A stretch of 64,000 nt of DNA from Octopus vulgaris (taxonomy: Eukaryota), in the NCBI GenBank assembly GCA_951406725.2, contig OX597814.1, positions 12,090,001 through 12,154,000 of the forward strand, in the 5' to 3' direction. Numbering within the stretch: position 1 is the first letter of the stretch; the number at the start of each line of letters is the position of its first letter. The position numbers and the translations under genes were made by a program. The notes below the pieces were generated by a model, which was not told where the DNA came from, did no database searches, and saw nothing but the letters and a program-made list of their open reading frames with translations. Positions 35,623-49,152 of this stretch are shown here, one piece after another.

Positions 35623-35857
35623 TAAGGCGGCGAGCTGGCAGAAACGTTAGCACGCCGGGCGAAATGCTTAGCGGTACTTCGTCTACCGCTACTTTCTGAG
35701 TTCAAATTCCGCCGAGGTCGACTTTGCCTTTCATCCTTTCGGGGTCGATTAAATAAGTACCAGTTACGTACTGGGGTCGATGTAATCTACTTAATCTCTT
35801 TGTCTGACCTTGTTTGTCCCCTCTATGTTTAGCCCCTTGTGGGTAGTAAAGAAATAG
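35623..35857 (+). mobile_element. SINE family B (young, full length); older B copies at ~35420-35590 and ~35903-36060
   Basis: AAGGCGGCGAGCTGGCAGAAACG...CCCCTTGTGGGTAGTAAAGAAATA. Confidence 0.9.
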
Positions 35858-36122
35858 ATAATGAATATCTATAACTTACCATGTAACCAATATTGAGTTC
35901 TTTTAAGGCGGTGTGCACATCAAGCAAAATGTTTGGCGGCATTTCGTCCGTCTTTACGCTCTGATGTCAACTTTACCTCCCATCTTTCGGAGTCGGTAAA
36001 ATAAGTACCAGTTGAGCGTTGAAGGTCGATGCAATTGAACTACCCTGACACCATCAAAATTGTTAACGTTTTTGCCAGCTCACTAACTATTAGATAGAAA
36101 AAAAAAGTTGGGAGGCGGGTGT

Positions 36123-36448
36123 AAAGACCCACTTCGGTCATGACTGACCACGGGATTGCACCTAGAAAGTTACTCTCCGAAGCACATGTCCAGGTAAGGT
36201 TGTTTTATGGAAGACCAGCAGTCGCCCATGCATACCAGTCTCCCCTCTCCACGCCAACGATGTTGTCCAAGGGAAAAGCAAAGACCAATACAGCTTGGCA
36301 CCTGTGACATCGCAACTCATTTCTACAGCTGAGTGAAGTGGAGTAACGTGAAATAAAATGTCTTGCTCAAGAACACAACACACAACCCCGTCCAGGAATC
36401 GAACTCACTACCACATGACGCCCTAACCACTGAGCCATGCGCCTTCAC
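36123..36448 (-). mobile_element. tRNA-derived SINE, family D
   Basis: Reverse complement of 39603-39941 with a deletion in the head. Confidence 0.88.
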
Positions 36449-36714
36449 TCAAATCTATCTCAAATTATATCCTACTTTCACTTGAAATAAAAGAAGGGCA
36501 TTTTGGATGATGATGCCCTACATATAATCTACATTAATAAAGGGTGGTATGATCACGGCTGGAATGTTTTTGATCATAGGGCTATGACTAGAAAGATCGG
36601 ATAATGATAATTGGGGGCTCTGTAGTCATTAGTGAACTTAGTCACGGTGACTTTTGAGATAAGCATCAATAACGGGCACCTGTTTTCAGCATGAATGTGC
36701 GCGCGTGCATTTGT

Positions 36715-36760
<46 letters not shown>

Positions 36761-36763
<3 letters not shown>

Positions 36764-36961
36764 TCTCTTTACTCTTTTACTTGTTTCAGTAATTTGACCG
36801 CGGCCATGCTGGAGCACCGCCTTTAGTCGAGCAACTCGACCCCGGGACTTATTCTTTTTGTAAGACCAGTACTTATTCTATCGGTCTCTTTTTGCCGAAC
36901 CGCTAAGTTATGGGGACGTAAACACACCAGCATCGGTTGTCAAGCAATGCTAGGGGAACAA

Positions 36962-36994
<33 letters not shown>

Positions 36995-37148
36995 CATATA
37001 TACGACAGGCTTCTTTCAGTTTCCGCCTACCAAATCCACTCACAAGGCATTGGTCGGCCCGGGGCTATAGCAGAAGATGCCACGCAGTGGGACTGAACCC
37101 GGAACCATGTGGTTCGTAAGCAAGCTACTTACCACACAGCCACTCCAG
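36761..37148 (-). mobile_element. SINE family A
   Basis: Family A on minus strand, embedded between (TA)n runs. Confidence 0.9.
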
Positions 37149-37150
37149 CG

Positions 37151-37231
<81 letters not shown>

Positions 37232-37380
37232 AATAATGTTAAGTACCTTGTCCATGCATACATGTACGGCACCAGAATGCAAAGGAGTTACATGTCACTC
37301 TTTTACTACAACACTTAATTGACATAGCAGCAATCCAGGTTTCGGTGTAGAATACGTTAAACAGCCAAAACCATACACTA

Positions 37381-37418
<38 letters not shown>

Positions 37419-38086
37419 ACTTCGTGATATTTTTTTTTCATGCGCACAGTGGGTGGCAAATTCACACCTTATATGAACATATTTGTAACTGGCTGAAAGG
37501 AACCAAACGTTGAAAAGACGGGTTTAACAACAAACACCAACAACAGACTCACTTCCTTCCGTTCTTCAAAAGCAGTTCAGTCGTCTGTACTTTTTTATTT
37601 GTATTTCATTAGATTACCTCATACTAGCGAATAGTCGCGAAGAGATTGTAGCTGGCGCCTGGACAGTCCAGTGCTTCCATTAACATTTCTTTAAAGTTGT
37701 CGTTATTGGTTTATCTAGAGTCGATCCATCCATTTATTTTGCTCTATTCCCTCTTTAAACACTAGGCTAGACACACTCTGTCTATCTGACTTTTTTTCCT
37801 ATACTATTCTCTCTCCGCCCCCCTCTCTCTCGTTCTCTTTCTTACAGACACACGCATATGGGCAGCTAGCTATATCAGATCAGGAAGTCAGGACTGTGTG
37901 TGGTGTCGGGTCGATGAGAACGAGATGTCTATTCCTGTCACACAGTGTCAGAGAACCTCCTATTGTAAGTATTATATGTATCTGCGTACACGCGCGCGAA
38001 CACAAACACACACACGGATATTTGTACATACATATATAATCACAAATGGGAAATATATATGTGCATGCATATATCAAAAACTCCGA

Positions 38087-38125
<39 letters not shown>

Positions 38126-38190
38126 TTAATAATATTAGGGTAATAAAGATTTTAGAAATTTTTACTACCAGTAGCTTAGCGTATAGAAAA

Positions 38191-38290
38191 TAGACTGTAT
38201 TATTCTAGACTATATATTATTCTAGACTATATATTATTCTAGACTATATATTATTCTAGACTATATATTATTCTAGACTATATATTATTC
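38191..38290. repeat. 17-bp minisatellite TAGACTATATATTATTC x5 plus one variant
   Basis: Perfect units 38206-38290; variant 38191-38205. Confidence 0.92.
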
Positions 38291-38348
38291 ATATAAAATA
38301 CAGTGTACATTTATGTGTTATAATGTGCTTAAATGTACACTGTATTTT

Positions 38349-38498
38349 GTGGCTGTGTGGTAAGTAGCTTGCTTACGAACCACATGGTTCCGGGTTCAGT
38401 CCCACTGCGTGGCACCTTGGGCTAGTATCTTCTACTATAGCCTCGGGCCGACCAAAGCCTTGTGAGTGGACTTGGTAGACGGAAACTCAAAGCCCGTC

Positions 38499-38564
<66 letters not shown>

Positions 38565-38767
38565 ATATGGTTGTGTGTCTGTGTTTGTCCCCCCAACATC
38601 GCTTGACAACCGATACTGGTGTGTTTACGTCCCCGTAACTTAGCGGTTCGGCAATAGATAGAATAATTATCAGGCTTACAAAGAATAAGCCCTGGGGTCG
38701 ATTTGCTCGACTAAAGGCGGTGCTCCAGCATGGCCACAGTCAATTGACTGAAACAAGTAAAAGAGTA
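38349..38767 (+). mobile_element. SINE family A
   Basis: Starts GTGGCTGTGTGG (slightly 5'-clipped), ends GTAAAAGAGTA. Confidence 0.9.
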
Positions 38768-38859
38768 TATATATTTCCTTCTTTCCTGAGCGTCCAATAA
38801 TACTGTATTTGTTCCACCACCTCGCGTTGTGTTTTTTTGTGCTTTCATGTTTGGATTAA

Positions 38860-38924
<65 letters not shown>

Positions 38925-38964
38925 AAGTTATTTTTACTTTAAAATGGCAGAAGCTACAAAGTGA

Positions 38965-39290
38965 CTCATGGGTGGAGAGTTTCGTACATGGCAAAGAATA
39001 GGAGAAAAATAGACGAATATTAGGATTTACAATATGAATTTCAATGAATCTGAAACAGCCATAAAGTTATCATCATCCTGGTTGTGATAGGAGCCTGAAG
39101 AACAGTTGCAAGAAGCTTAAATGGATGCCTGAAGATGTTGGCTATCCAGGTGAATTTCTTTACTTTACTACAGACAGCGTCGTTTAGTACCGCAAGAATA
39201 ATAAGGACAGTGTTACATACACATGTTTGCGGGATACAGCTTGATACTTAAGTGTCAAACATCAGCAAAGCAACAACGAACTGCCTACAG
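38965..39290 (+). pseudogene. R4/Dong-clade (RLE endonuclease) LINE 3' fragment
   Basis: KIDEY*DLQYEFQ*I*..KVIIILVVIGA*RTV..LQTASFSTARIIRTVL matches the R4/Dong C-terminus K..KY.DL..E....W..VVIGALG....GTA.ILR.VL. Confidence 0.8.
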
Positions 39291-39602
39291 TAATGAAGTT
39301 GTTGCGGTAGTAGTTGTTGTGGTAGTAGTTGTTGCGGTAGTAGTTGTCGCGGTAGTAGTTGTTGTATAGCTGTAGGTTAGTCATGATCTAAGCGACCTTT
39401 GAACAAAGTTATTTCACTCTTTTATTTCCACCTGAATGTTTCTAGTGAACGCGTATGATTTCCTTCGTTGGTTCGAAGTAAACTTTGTTATTGTGTATTT
39501 CCGTATGAATTTTAATCAACAAAATTATGATACTCGAGACACTCCAGTCATTTGCATGTCAGGAATAATATACCCTTTATTGTCCAATATAACCTTTACT
39601 TT

Positions 39603-39941
39603 GTGAAGGCGCATGGCTCAGTGGTTAGATCGTCGAGCTTACAATCGTGAGGTTGTGAGTTCGAATCCCTAACCGGGCTGCGTGTTGTGTTCTTGAGCAA
39701 GACACTTTATTTCTCGTTGCTCCAGTTCACTCAGCTGTAGAAATGAGTTGCGGCGTCACAGGTGCCAAGCTGTATCGGCCCCTTTGCCTTTCCCTTGGAT
39801 AACACCGGTGGCGTGTAGAGGGGAGGCCGGTATGCATGGGCGACTGCTGGTCTTCCATAAACAATCTTGCCCGGACTTGTGCCTGGGAGGGTAACTTTCC
39901 AGGTGCAATCCCACGTTCAGCCATGACCGAAGGGGGTTTCA
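39603..39941 (+). mobile_element. tRNA-derived SINE, family D
   Basis: A-box TGGCTCAGTGG, B-box GAGTTCGAATCC, core TTGAGCAAGACACTTTATTTC; TSD ATAACCTTTACTTT (39589-39602, 39942-39955). Confidence 0.9.
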
Positions 39942-41339
39942 ATAACCTTTACTTTAGACTGTAGGGTGCGATATGTAATATTTTCAGCAGGTTGAAAGGC
40001 AATGTATTAGCTGTTGTTCAATAAAATTGTCTACCAGTGAACGTATCTATCTCTCCCTCTCCATCATTCTGTCTTACACTTTTTTCTGTTTCATATTCAG
40101 AGTAGGTGGTTGAGCTAACAGACTAGATTATTACTTCAGAGAAGTGGTCGCTTGTAGAACCAGTGTGATTTTGGTCTTAGATAGGGCAATATAAGGGGAA
40201 ATTTTTACAGCTACATGCATACTCATTGATTTCTAAAAATCATTATAAAATTAAGGGCGGTGGGTTAGCAGAGTTGAACGTCGGACAAAATGCTTTGCGG
40301 TATTTAGTTATGGTACTTTATTTTTCTAAGTTCAAAATTACGCCGAACTCAAGTTTATTTTTCATCATTTGGACCTAATCGACTCCACTAATGTAATCGT
40401 GTTAGATATAATCATTATTTGTATTTGCATAAGGATTATGGATTGGTTCGTAAGAACGACAGAGAAAAAAACTTAGCCACATTTACTCAGGCTATTTACG
40501 TTCTGATTTCCAAATTAAGTACCAGTGAAGTACTGAGGCAATGTAATCGATTAAGTCCCTTCTCCGTAAAACTGTTACCCAAATTAGAAATAATTGTTTT
40601 TATGAGCCGGCAGAATCGTCAAAATGTTTGGTGGCATTTCTTACACAGGGGTCGTCTTTGTCTTTCATTCGTTCGGGCTCTATAAAATGAGTACCTGTTG
40701 AGCACTGAGATTAGTGTAATAGACTTCCCCACTTTCCTCAAAACTTTTGACTGTACCAAAATTAGAAAGATTTATAAGTATCATAAGAATGAAGATGATG
40801 AACCTACTGAAGTATTACAGAGTGGTACAACTTTAATCCCAAGTCAGCATTGAAGGAGTCGATCTCTATGCAAAGATACTCTGACCGCGGTAATTCTGTC
40901 TTTAATTCAAGCATAATATGTCTAAAACTATATTATTTAATGCGCCCTTCACCCTTGAAGACAGTGAGGTGTCTTTTGAAGAAGACTTGGCTGCTAGTTC
41001 TAACAGGTCAATTATGTTAGAAACTACAGATAGACTCCCTTGTCGGCAACTATACTATATCAATGATTTATACTTAGTTTGTATTAGTATTTGTGTAGCG
41101 GTGGTAACTATGGTCTTTTTTAAAGTTGCGGTACTTTCAGTGGAAGTGGTGGGAGTATAGTTGCTATGACAGTTGTGATAGGGGGGGGGGGGAGTTGATT
41201 ATTTAAGGGGTGGGGAGAGGTTCTGGTAGGTGATGGTGATGGTGGTTGTTTTGGTAAGATTTCTATCTGATACGTTTTTATCTTGATCAGTAATTCTAAT
41301 GTTAGATTTCCTGCTTAACTCTGTTATTCCTTCACAGCT

Positions 41340-41398
41340 GTGTGTATGTATGTATGTATGTATGTATGTATGTATGTATGTATGTATGTATGTATGTA

Positions 41399-41431
<33 letters not shown>

Positions 41432-41467
41432 ATGTATGTATGTATGTATGTGTGTATGTATGTATGT
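41340..41467. repeat. (TATG)n/(TG)n microsatellite
   Basis: Directly visible. Confidence 0.95.
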
Positions 41468-41685
41468 GACTGTTCGTACGAGTTTCAGAGCGAAGGGGAT
41501 GAAAGTGTGTATTTGTCTTTGTATTGTGTGCGTATATGTGTGTATGTAAATGTGCGAGTTGTTCAACTGACAATAAGTCTGTATCAAAGTCTTGTATTAT
41601 CATTTGTAGACAGACACAGAAGAGATATAGTAGATGCAAAGATAAAGAAAGGAGAGAAGAGGTGGAGACACACACACTCTCTCTG

Positions 41686-41732
<47 letters not shown>

Positions 41733-41784
41733 CATACACATTCTCTTATATATATACACACACACATATACACACTCTTATATA

Positions 41785-41988
41785 TCATCCTCATCAGCAT
41801 CATCGTTTAACGTCCGCTTTCCATGCTAGCATGGGTTGGACGATTTTGACTGAGGGCTGGAGAACCAGAAGGTCGCACCAGGCTCCAATCTTGATCTGGC
41901 AGAGTTTCTACTGCTGGATGCCCTTCCTAACGCCGAACACTCCGAGAGTGTAGTGGGTGCTTTTTAAGTGCCAGTAAGGCGACGTTGG

Positions 41989-41990
<2 letters not shown>
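41785..41990 (-). mobile_element. 3' part of SINE/LINE-tail family G with (ATG)n-like tail
   Basis: Minus strand GGCGTTAGGAAGGGCATCCAGC...GCGGACGTTAAACGATGATG. Confidence 0.7.
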
Positions 41991-42039
<49 letters not shown>

Positions 42040-42068
42040 TTACACACACACACACACACCTACACACT

Positions 42069-42134
<66 letters not shown>

Positions 42135-42894
42135 CACACACACGGGTGAGTGGACAAACGAAAAAATGAGGCACTCAACACATTTAGTAGTTACATATAC
42201 TATTATTTGAAACAGCTTGATTCGGCTCCATGCAACTTAAAGTTTCCTAGGCTCCTTACGGAAACCTAACTCATCGGGCTCAGCTAGCCAATTCTATCTG
42301 AGCCCAACGAGTTAAAGTTTCGTAAGCTCCTTGCAGATACCTGAGTTTAATGGGTCCAAATCGAACTGTTTTAAACAATATACATGTGTGTGTGTGTGTT
42401 CTTAGACTTAGGTCCTCACTCTTTGCGTGGAACATAAAGCATTGAGCTTCCCCCAGAGCGGTCCGTCTGATGCGGTGCTCTCTTTCCTGTTTATTGATGA
42501 CATTGTTTGAATGCATATGAATGCACACAGTGATACTTTTGGGTTTTTTAAAGGGCCCATTTGACTAAGTTTGTTTAAGCTTGACATCCTGGAAGTTTAT
42601 CGTTGCAAGTTTCCCTTCGGATGTTACCTTTGAGCTGAATTATTGAATTCTGTAATTATTGATTTTCTAAAAATACCAGTTACCGACTACTAGTGATGTT
42701 AAAATCATAAGCCTGATATCATCACCGTACAAACCGCCCGTAAATACCAACCAGGATCAGGATTTCATAATGACCTGAAGATCATAATTGGTATTAGTGT
42801 ATCTTCCAGTGAAATAGATGGCTTTTACAAGGAAGATGTGACTTATTGAAAGATAAGAATCTACACCGTCAAATTTTGGTTGCACTTTATATAT

Positions 42895-43152
42895 ACTCTC
42901 TTTACTCTCTTTTTACTCTTTTACTTGTTTCAGTCATTTGACTGCGGCCATGCTGGAGCACCACCTTTAGTCGAGAAAATCGACCCCAGGACTTATTCTT
43001 TGGAAGCCTAGTACTTATTCTATCGGTGTCTTTTGCCGAACCGCTAAGTTACAGGGACGTAAACACACAAGCATGGGTTGTCAAGCGATGTTGGGGGGAC
43101 AAACACAGACACACAAACATATACACACTCATACATATATAAACACTCATAT
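42895..43152 (-). mobile_element. SINE family A, 3' half
   Basis: Tail and body up to GACGGGCTTC; head missing. Confidence 0.88.
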
Positions 43153-44109
43153 ATATATATAGGACGGGCTTCCTTGAAAGAAAATAAACTTTGGTTTCAA
43201 AGTTCTTCGCTGTGGAAGTTTAAAAAAGTGCGTATGTATCTTGCTATTTTCCTCGATCACAGAAAAGTAAAACAGTCATGTTTCACGGTACCTCATCCTT
43301 CTGCCACGAATAGAATCTATAGCTAATCACTATTTACATGAAACAAAATCTAGAACTTAGGTATAATGTCTACACTAATTTGCATCCCATACTTTTCCCG
43401 GCGAGATTACATAACTACGAAATATTTACGCACAAGAGAGCGTGGGTTAGGAAACCTAAAATAGTTAAGCTAGAATTAGGAAACCTTTCATTGTGAAACT
43501 TCAAACAGACCTGAATACATATTATCTTAAGTAAGTATTCCTTTAAAACGAGAAATATATGCAAAATATCCTGGACTCCGGAATCTTCAATAGGCAGAAT
43601 TCGATAATTGAAGCCGGGAAGTAAAATTACCCATGAAATAAAATTTCTTTAAATTTCATCCAAGATATTTCTGATGTATTTCTTACAAAGAGTTAGTTAT
43701 TCTCTACTCTTGCATCCGGAACTTCACATAGTTATATATATATATATATAAATATATTTAATATATGATTTAATATATGCCATCATTATATTTGCATTTT
43801 TTCATATAACAAACTTTCACCCGGCAGTTATCTGTATAGGTATGCTCTTTAATTTATATTCTAGATTTATTCATTCGACATCTACTTTGGATAACCGTGT
43901 TCATAATTTTAGTCGAACATATCCATTGTAGACTATTTTAATCCGAGTTTATTAATTCGTTAAATAAATTTCAATAAAATAATTGCCATGTTACTCATTT
44001 TGACAGGAAAACGCCTCTTTAATGTACATAATACGAACGCAGACACACACTTATAAAATATACATATAAACATACATGCATCTACATTCACACAAGCAAA
44101 AGCGCAAGT

Positions 44110-44222
<113 letters not shown>

Positions 44223-45052
44223 ATTGTTCCATTGTTTAATCTGCTTTTTCAGCACACTAGGAGGTCTTTATTATTGTCCCGACGCTGCTGTTTCAATTCC
44301 TTCAGCGCTCATTTATGTGACCCGACCACCCACAAGAAGGAAAACTCGCTATCTGTAAAGGGTAAGAAACAAGGAAAAGGGTAGGTCTAGAAGTAACGGA
44401 ACATGATAGTTCGGTCAGATCTATTTTCCTTTCATACTCTTATGTAATCGATATCATATGTATATATATTTTTAGATCTTTGTTAAGTGTTTAGTAACAA
44501 ACAAATTTCTAAAGACCCTATTGTGTGCATGCATTAGGTATTATCATGTACAACTATAATGCACCAGAATGGATAGTTGTTATATTTGTGTGGGCAGACT
44601 TGTGCCTTACTACTCGACTTTACAAGCGCGTGTATATTTATATATATACATAAATATATGTTCACATAAATGTATTACATCATAGAAGTATAAAAGCGAT
44701 GAATGGGCAGAATCTTTGAGCTGTCAGACGGAAGGCTTTGCAGGATTTGTTCCGACTTTTGGTACTTTTCGTTCAAAGCACGCTGGGGTTAATTTTGCCT
44801 TTCATCCTTCCGTGGTCGACAAACTCTAGTTTGGGAGTTGAACGATCTGGCGTTGATCCCGATGGCAGCGTTAGCACGTAGTTCTGCAGTCAGTAGCTGT
44901 AGAGTACATAATCAACGAGACACATTGTGACGACACTGGATCATCACTAAATTTCAGATACAGTCAATCTGAGCGGTTCATGCTTGTTCAATCCCATACC
45001 AAAGTTTTGGGTCAACGCGAGGCTATAGCAAATACATTTATTTGCTTAATAG

Positions 45053-45908
45053 GGACTGTTGCTATAGTAACGAAGTTAAAGTACGCAGGGTAAAACTGCT
45101 TGGCACAGATTGGCCTTGAACTCTGCTGTGCGTGTGCACTAAGTTTTAACATGTTAGCTCACTTCCGCTGTTTATAGCAGTTCTTGGAAGGAAGGTGTGT
45201 AGCGTGTGATCATCGCATTGACTATGACAGAGAAAATTGTTATGGTGATACCTGCTCAGAGTCCTACGCAACTTTGCAGAAAGTGTATGGAGTGGAGTGT
45301 ATGAGCCGCACACAAGTGTACGAGTGGTTCAGATGTTTCCAAGATGGCCAAAAAATGTCTGTATTGACGAACATTCTGGGAGACCCGCAACCAACAGAAG
45401 TGAGAAAAACATTGCATGTATGCGTGCAGCTATGAGAGGAAACCGTCGAATCACCATCCGCGTGCAGATTAGTTACGGTTCAGTTCAGTCCATTATCACT
45501 GAAGATTTGGGTATGAGACGCGTGTCTGTCAACTTTGTGCCAAAATTGCTTTCAGCTGATCAAAAGAACACTCGAGTTTCAGTGCCGAAAAATCTCCTTG
45601 ATTGTGTCGAGAACGATGTAAACTTTTTGAAAACTTTGTGTAGGCCTCTGAGCAGGTATCGTCAGGCTTTTGGCAAAATTTGATGCAGATTCTCTATTCA
45701 GCTGCATCTGTCATGATTGATGCAACGATCACACGCTACACACCTTCCTTCCAAACACCACTGTAAACAGCGGAAGTGAGCTGGAACGTTAAAATTTAGT
45801 GCGCATGCACAGCAGAGTTCAAGGAAAATATGTGCCAAGCGGCTTCACTCTGCGCGCCATAGCTTCGTTACTATGGCAACATTCCGGATATTTATTGATC
45901 AGACCACG
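45053..45908 (+). mobile_element. Mariner derivative with ~170-bp TIRs keeping only the N-terminal HTH region
   Basis: 45053-45220 mirrored at ~45718-45885; peptides LQKVYGVECMSRTQVYEWFRCFQDG, DEHSGRP and RVSVNFVPKLLSADQK; no DDD domain. Confidence 0.88.
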
Positions 45909-46159
45909 CATGCTATGAAATGCGGTCAAAGCCATAAACTCTCACAGCCGTGAAGCGAAAATATCTTTCTTACTCACTCAGCAATGCCTGCCTGCTTACA
46001 TACATACATACATACATATAAGTATGTATGTATGCATGCATACACAGAAACCCCTCCACACATTCATGTATAAATATATTCATAGCCATAGGTAAGTGTA
46101 TGTGTGTATGTGTGTATGTGTGTGTGTGCGTATGTGTGTGTGTATGTATGTGTGTATGT

Positions 46160-46200
<41 letters not shown>

Positions 46201-46899
46201 TGTGTATGTAAGAGCGCTTGTTTGTACGATATGGCTATGTGCATTTGTTTGTATTCTTGGCTGAATACGGAAATTCATTTGCGATATCAAAGAAATTCAT
46301 AGTCTGCATATGGTGTGTCTGCAATGTATGAACATGTATTATCTGACAACATGTTGGTTACGCGATAACATCTACAGTATCTGTGTACATGGTATATATT
46401 TTTTTTACATTTTTTATGTATGTGGGCATCAGTTTATGTCAGTTAAAACTGAAATATATGTGTTGTGTGTGGGCCAATAATCAGACTGCGAATATTTGGC
46501 TGGGATTTCTAGCGGGTCAAGTGACGCAAGGTGCTGGTTGCTTAGTTTGTTAGTTTGATTTGTTTGATTATTTTTTGGTGCGTGTATGTGTGCGAGCGCG
46601 CGTGTACAGGTATCTTTTTGGAAGACAGTATTGCTTTAAATTTGTTGGGTATATTTTCAGGTCAACCTTGAACGCGTAGACTTCCAATTGATCTGATCTT
46701 TTATCATTCTTATCTGTCTTCATAATCCAATGATTGTTTTTTAGCATGGTATGCAATGATTTGATTTGTAGGATATTTGGATAATATATGCAGCAGATTG
46801 TATGGTCACAGAGGACCCCTCGATGTTTCTCATCCGCTTTAATACTTATAATATGTAAACAAATTTTTAATAGATTTGTTACAGTGGTAGAGCAATTTC

Positions 46900-47130
46900 T
46901 TATTTCTTTATTGCCCACAAGGGGCTTGACATAGAGGGGACAAACAAGGACAGACAAAGGGATTAAGTCAATTACATCGACCCCAGTGCGTAACTGGTAC
47001 TTAATTTATCGACCCCGAAAGGATGAAAGGCAAAGTCGACCTCGGCGGAATTTGAACTCAGAACGTAATGGCAGACGAAATACAGCTAAGCATTTCGGCC
47101 GGTGCGTAAACGTTTCTGCCAGCTCGCCGC
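46900..47130 (-). mobile_element. SINE family B
   Basis: Reverse complement of the 35623-35857 type. Confidence 0.9.
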
Positions 47131-47790
47131 TCTTTTTCTTCCTAATGTACAACTATTGGTGTTCTAGTTGAGGGGGGGAATTCAAGATGGTGATTTGGGA
47201 GAAAAATGAAGAAAGGAACGTTTAGGGCTGTGCCCTTTGTATGAGAGTAAAGGCGAAAAAGACGGTTGCGGTCACATGGGCTGAAGGCAAGGGAACTGTT
47301 CTGTTTTAAAAATTATTAAAGCGAGGAAGTTAAACGGTGCACACAACCCTTAAGTCAATGAGGTTGATGCCAAGTTTAATTTTCTGCAAGTCCAAGTTTT
47401 CTAAAATAACAAGCATGGGTAAGGTTTCAGAAGTGTGGAGTTTAAGAGAAAGAATAACGCGTGAAGTATTACGATAGGAAATTCAAATACAACGGTCCAG
47501 GAGCAGTACACAGTTTGTTAGTCCTGTAAAGTACTTATGATGATATGCTGTCTGCTCTCTACGAAAGTATGTCTAATGAATCGTGATACTGACTAAACTT
47601 GATCAAACGTAGGAGTGACTGTGTGGTAAATAGCTTGCTTACAAAGAAAAGCAGAGTGTCGGCGGGCGCTTTCTTTCTTCTCCCATCCTTATCATTCTCG
47701 TATCATTATCATTCATTTCATTAATGTCTTGTCCAGCCCGCAAAGCTACCTTATTCTTTGTACTGTCTTTATGACAAATTTAATGAAATA

Positions 47791-48180
47791 AAGTAGCTTG
47801 TTTACCAACCACATGGTTCCGGGTTCAGTACCACTGCGTTGCACCTTGGGCAAGTGTCTTCTACTATAGCCTCGGGCCGACCGAAGCCTTGTGAGTGGAT
47901 TTGGTAGACGGAAACTGAAAGAATCCCGTCGTATATATGTATATGTATATGTACGTGTGTGTATATGTTTGTGTGTCTGTGTTTGTCCCCGCAACATCGC
48001 TTGACAACCGATGCTGGTGTGTTTACGTCCCCATAACTTAGCGGTTCGGCAAAAGAGACCAATAGAATAAGTATTAGGCTTACATAGAATAGGTCCTGGG
48101 GTGGATTTGCTCGACTAAAGGCGGTGCTCCAGCATGGCCGCAGTCAAATGACTGAAACAAGTAAATGAGTAAAAGAGTGA
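47791..48180 (+). mobile_element. SINE family A (detached head fragment at ~47607-47643)
   Basis: Family A body and tail; ~150 bp of unrelated sequence between head fragment and body. Confidence 0.88.
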
Positions 48181-48322
48181 ACCTGAATTGTGAACTTGAT
48201 TCGCTGGAATTGCTGAGTCGTAATATGATGTTTACTTTGAAGAGTACGAGAAAGACTGTGCTACGAACATGTTATCTATTTTATTTGCAAGTGAACAGAT
48301 TCAGTGTGATTTCAATATACCT

Positions 48323-48552
48323 ATTTCTTTATTACCCACAAGGGGCTAAACACAGAGGGGACAAACAAGGACAGATATAGGTATTAAGTCGATTACACCG
48401 ACCCCAGTGCGTAACTGGTACTTAATTTATCGACCCCGAAAGGATGAAAGGCAAAGTCGACCTCGGCGGAATTTGAACTCACAACGTAACGGCAGACGAA
48501 ATACCGCTAAGCATTTCGCCCGGCGTGCTAACGTTTCTGCCAACTCGCCGTC
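48323..48552 (-). mobile_element. SINE family B
   Basis: 16-bp TSD TGATTTCAATATACCT (48307-48322, 48553-48568). Confidence 0.92.
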
Positions 48553-49152
48553 TGATTTCAATATACCTTAGCTTTGAACGTTGAGTTGTGTCAATGACGA
48601 AACGAAACCATGACACTTTCCTTGATTGCTCATCATTCTGTTGGCGCTATCGACTGTGACACACAATAGTAATGGAATGCTATAAGTAGACCTATCATTT
48701 AGAATCAGTATTAAGGAATATATTTATCTGTTGTCATTTCTCTACTTGCCCGGAAATACAAGCAGTTCTTAGATGAATAATTATTTATCTTTCAACTTTT
48801 GTTACAATAATTTACTGTGTAAGACGATAACTTGACATTTGAGCACGAACTGCCGCCAATCTATTTAAATATCACGTCTTATAGATCTTGTTGATAAACT
48901 AACATGGGATTTCCTTAAACGAAATAATTCATTCATTCATGCTTGTTGCAGCATTAAAGGTTCTATTTACAAACACAGTGTTTCATATCACTGAAAATGC
49001 AGCAAGCGTGTGCGAATGACTTAGATTTATAAACTTAGCAAATCAACACTTTCCTCTTGTTAGCATGTGCTATTATTGAAAGTGTTCTTGACTAAATGTG
49101 TTTTAGTAGCAACATAACGTATTAAAAAGATTTATTTCGAGTTTTGCTCATA

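Noticed and set aside
41180-41225. Poly-G and G-rich stretch as a G-quadruplex element
   Set aside because: Mostly a homopolymer run prone to assembly error; no evidence of function.
42455-42480. REST/RE1-like split motif (GAGCACC...CGGACCG on minus strand)
   Set aside because: Poor match, and REST is not expected in a mollusc.
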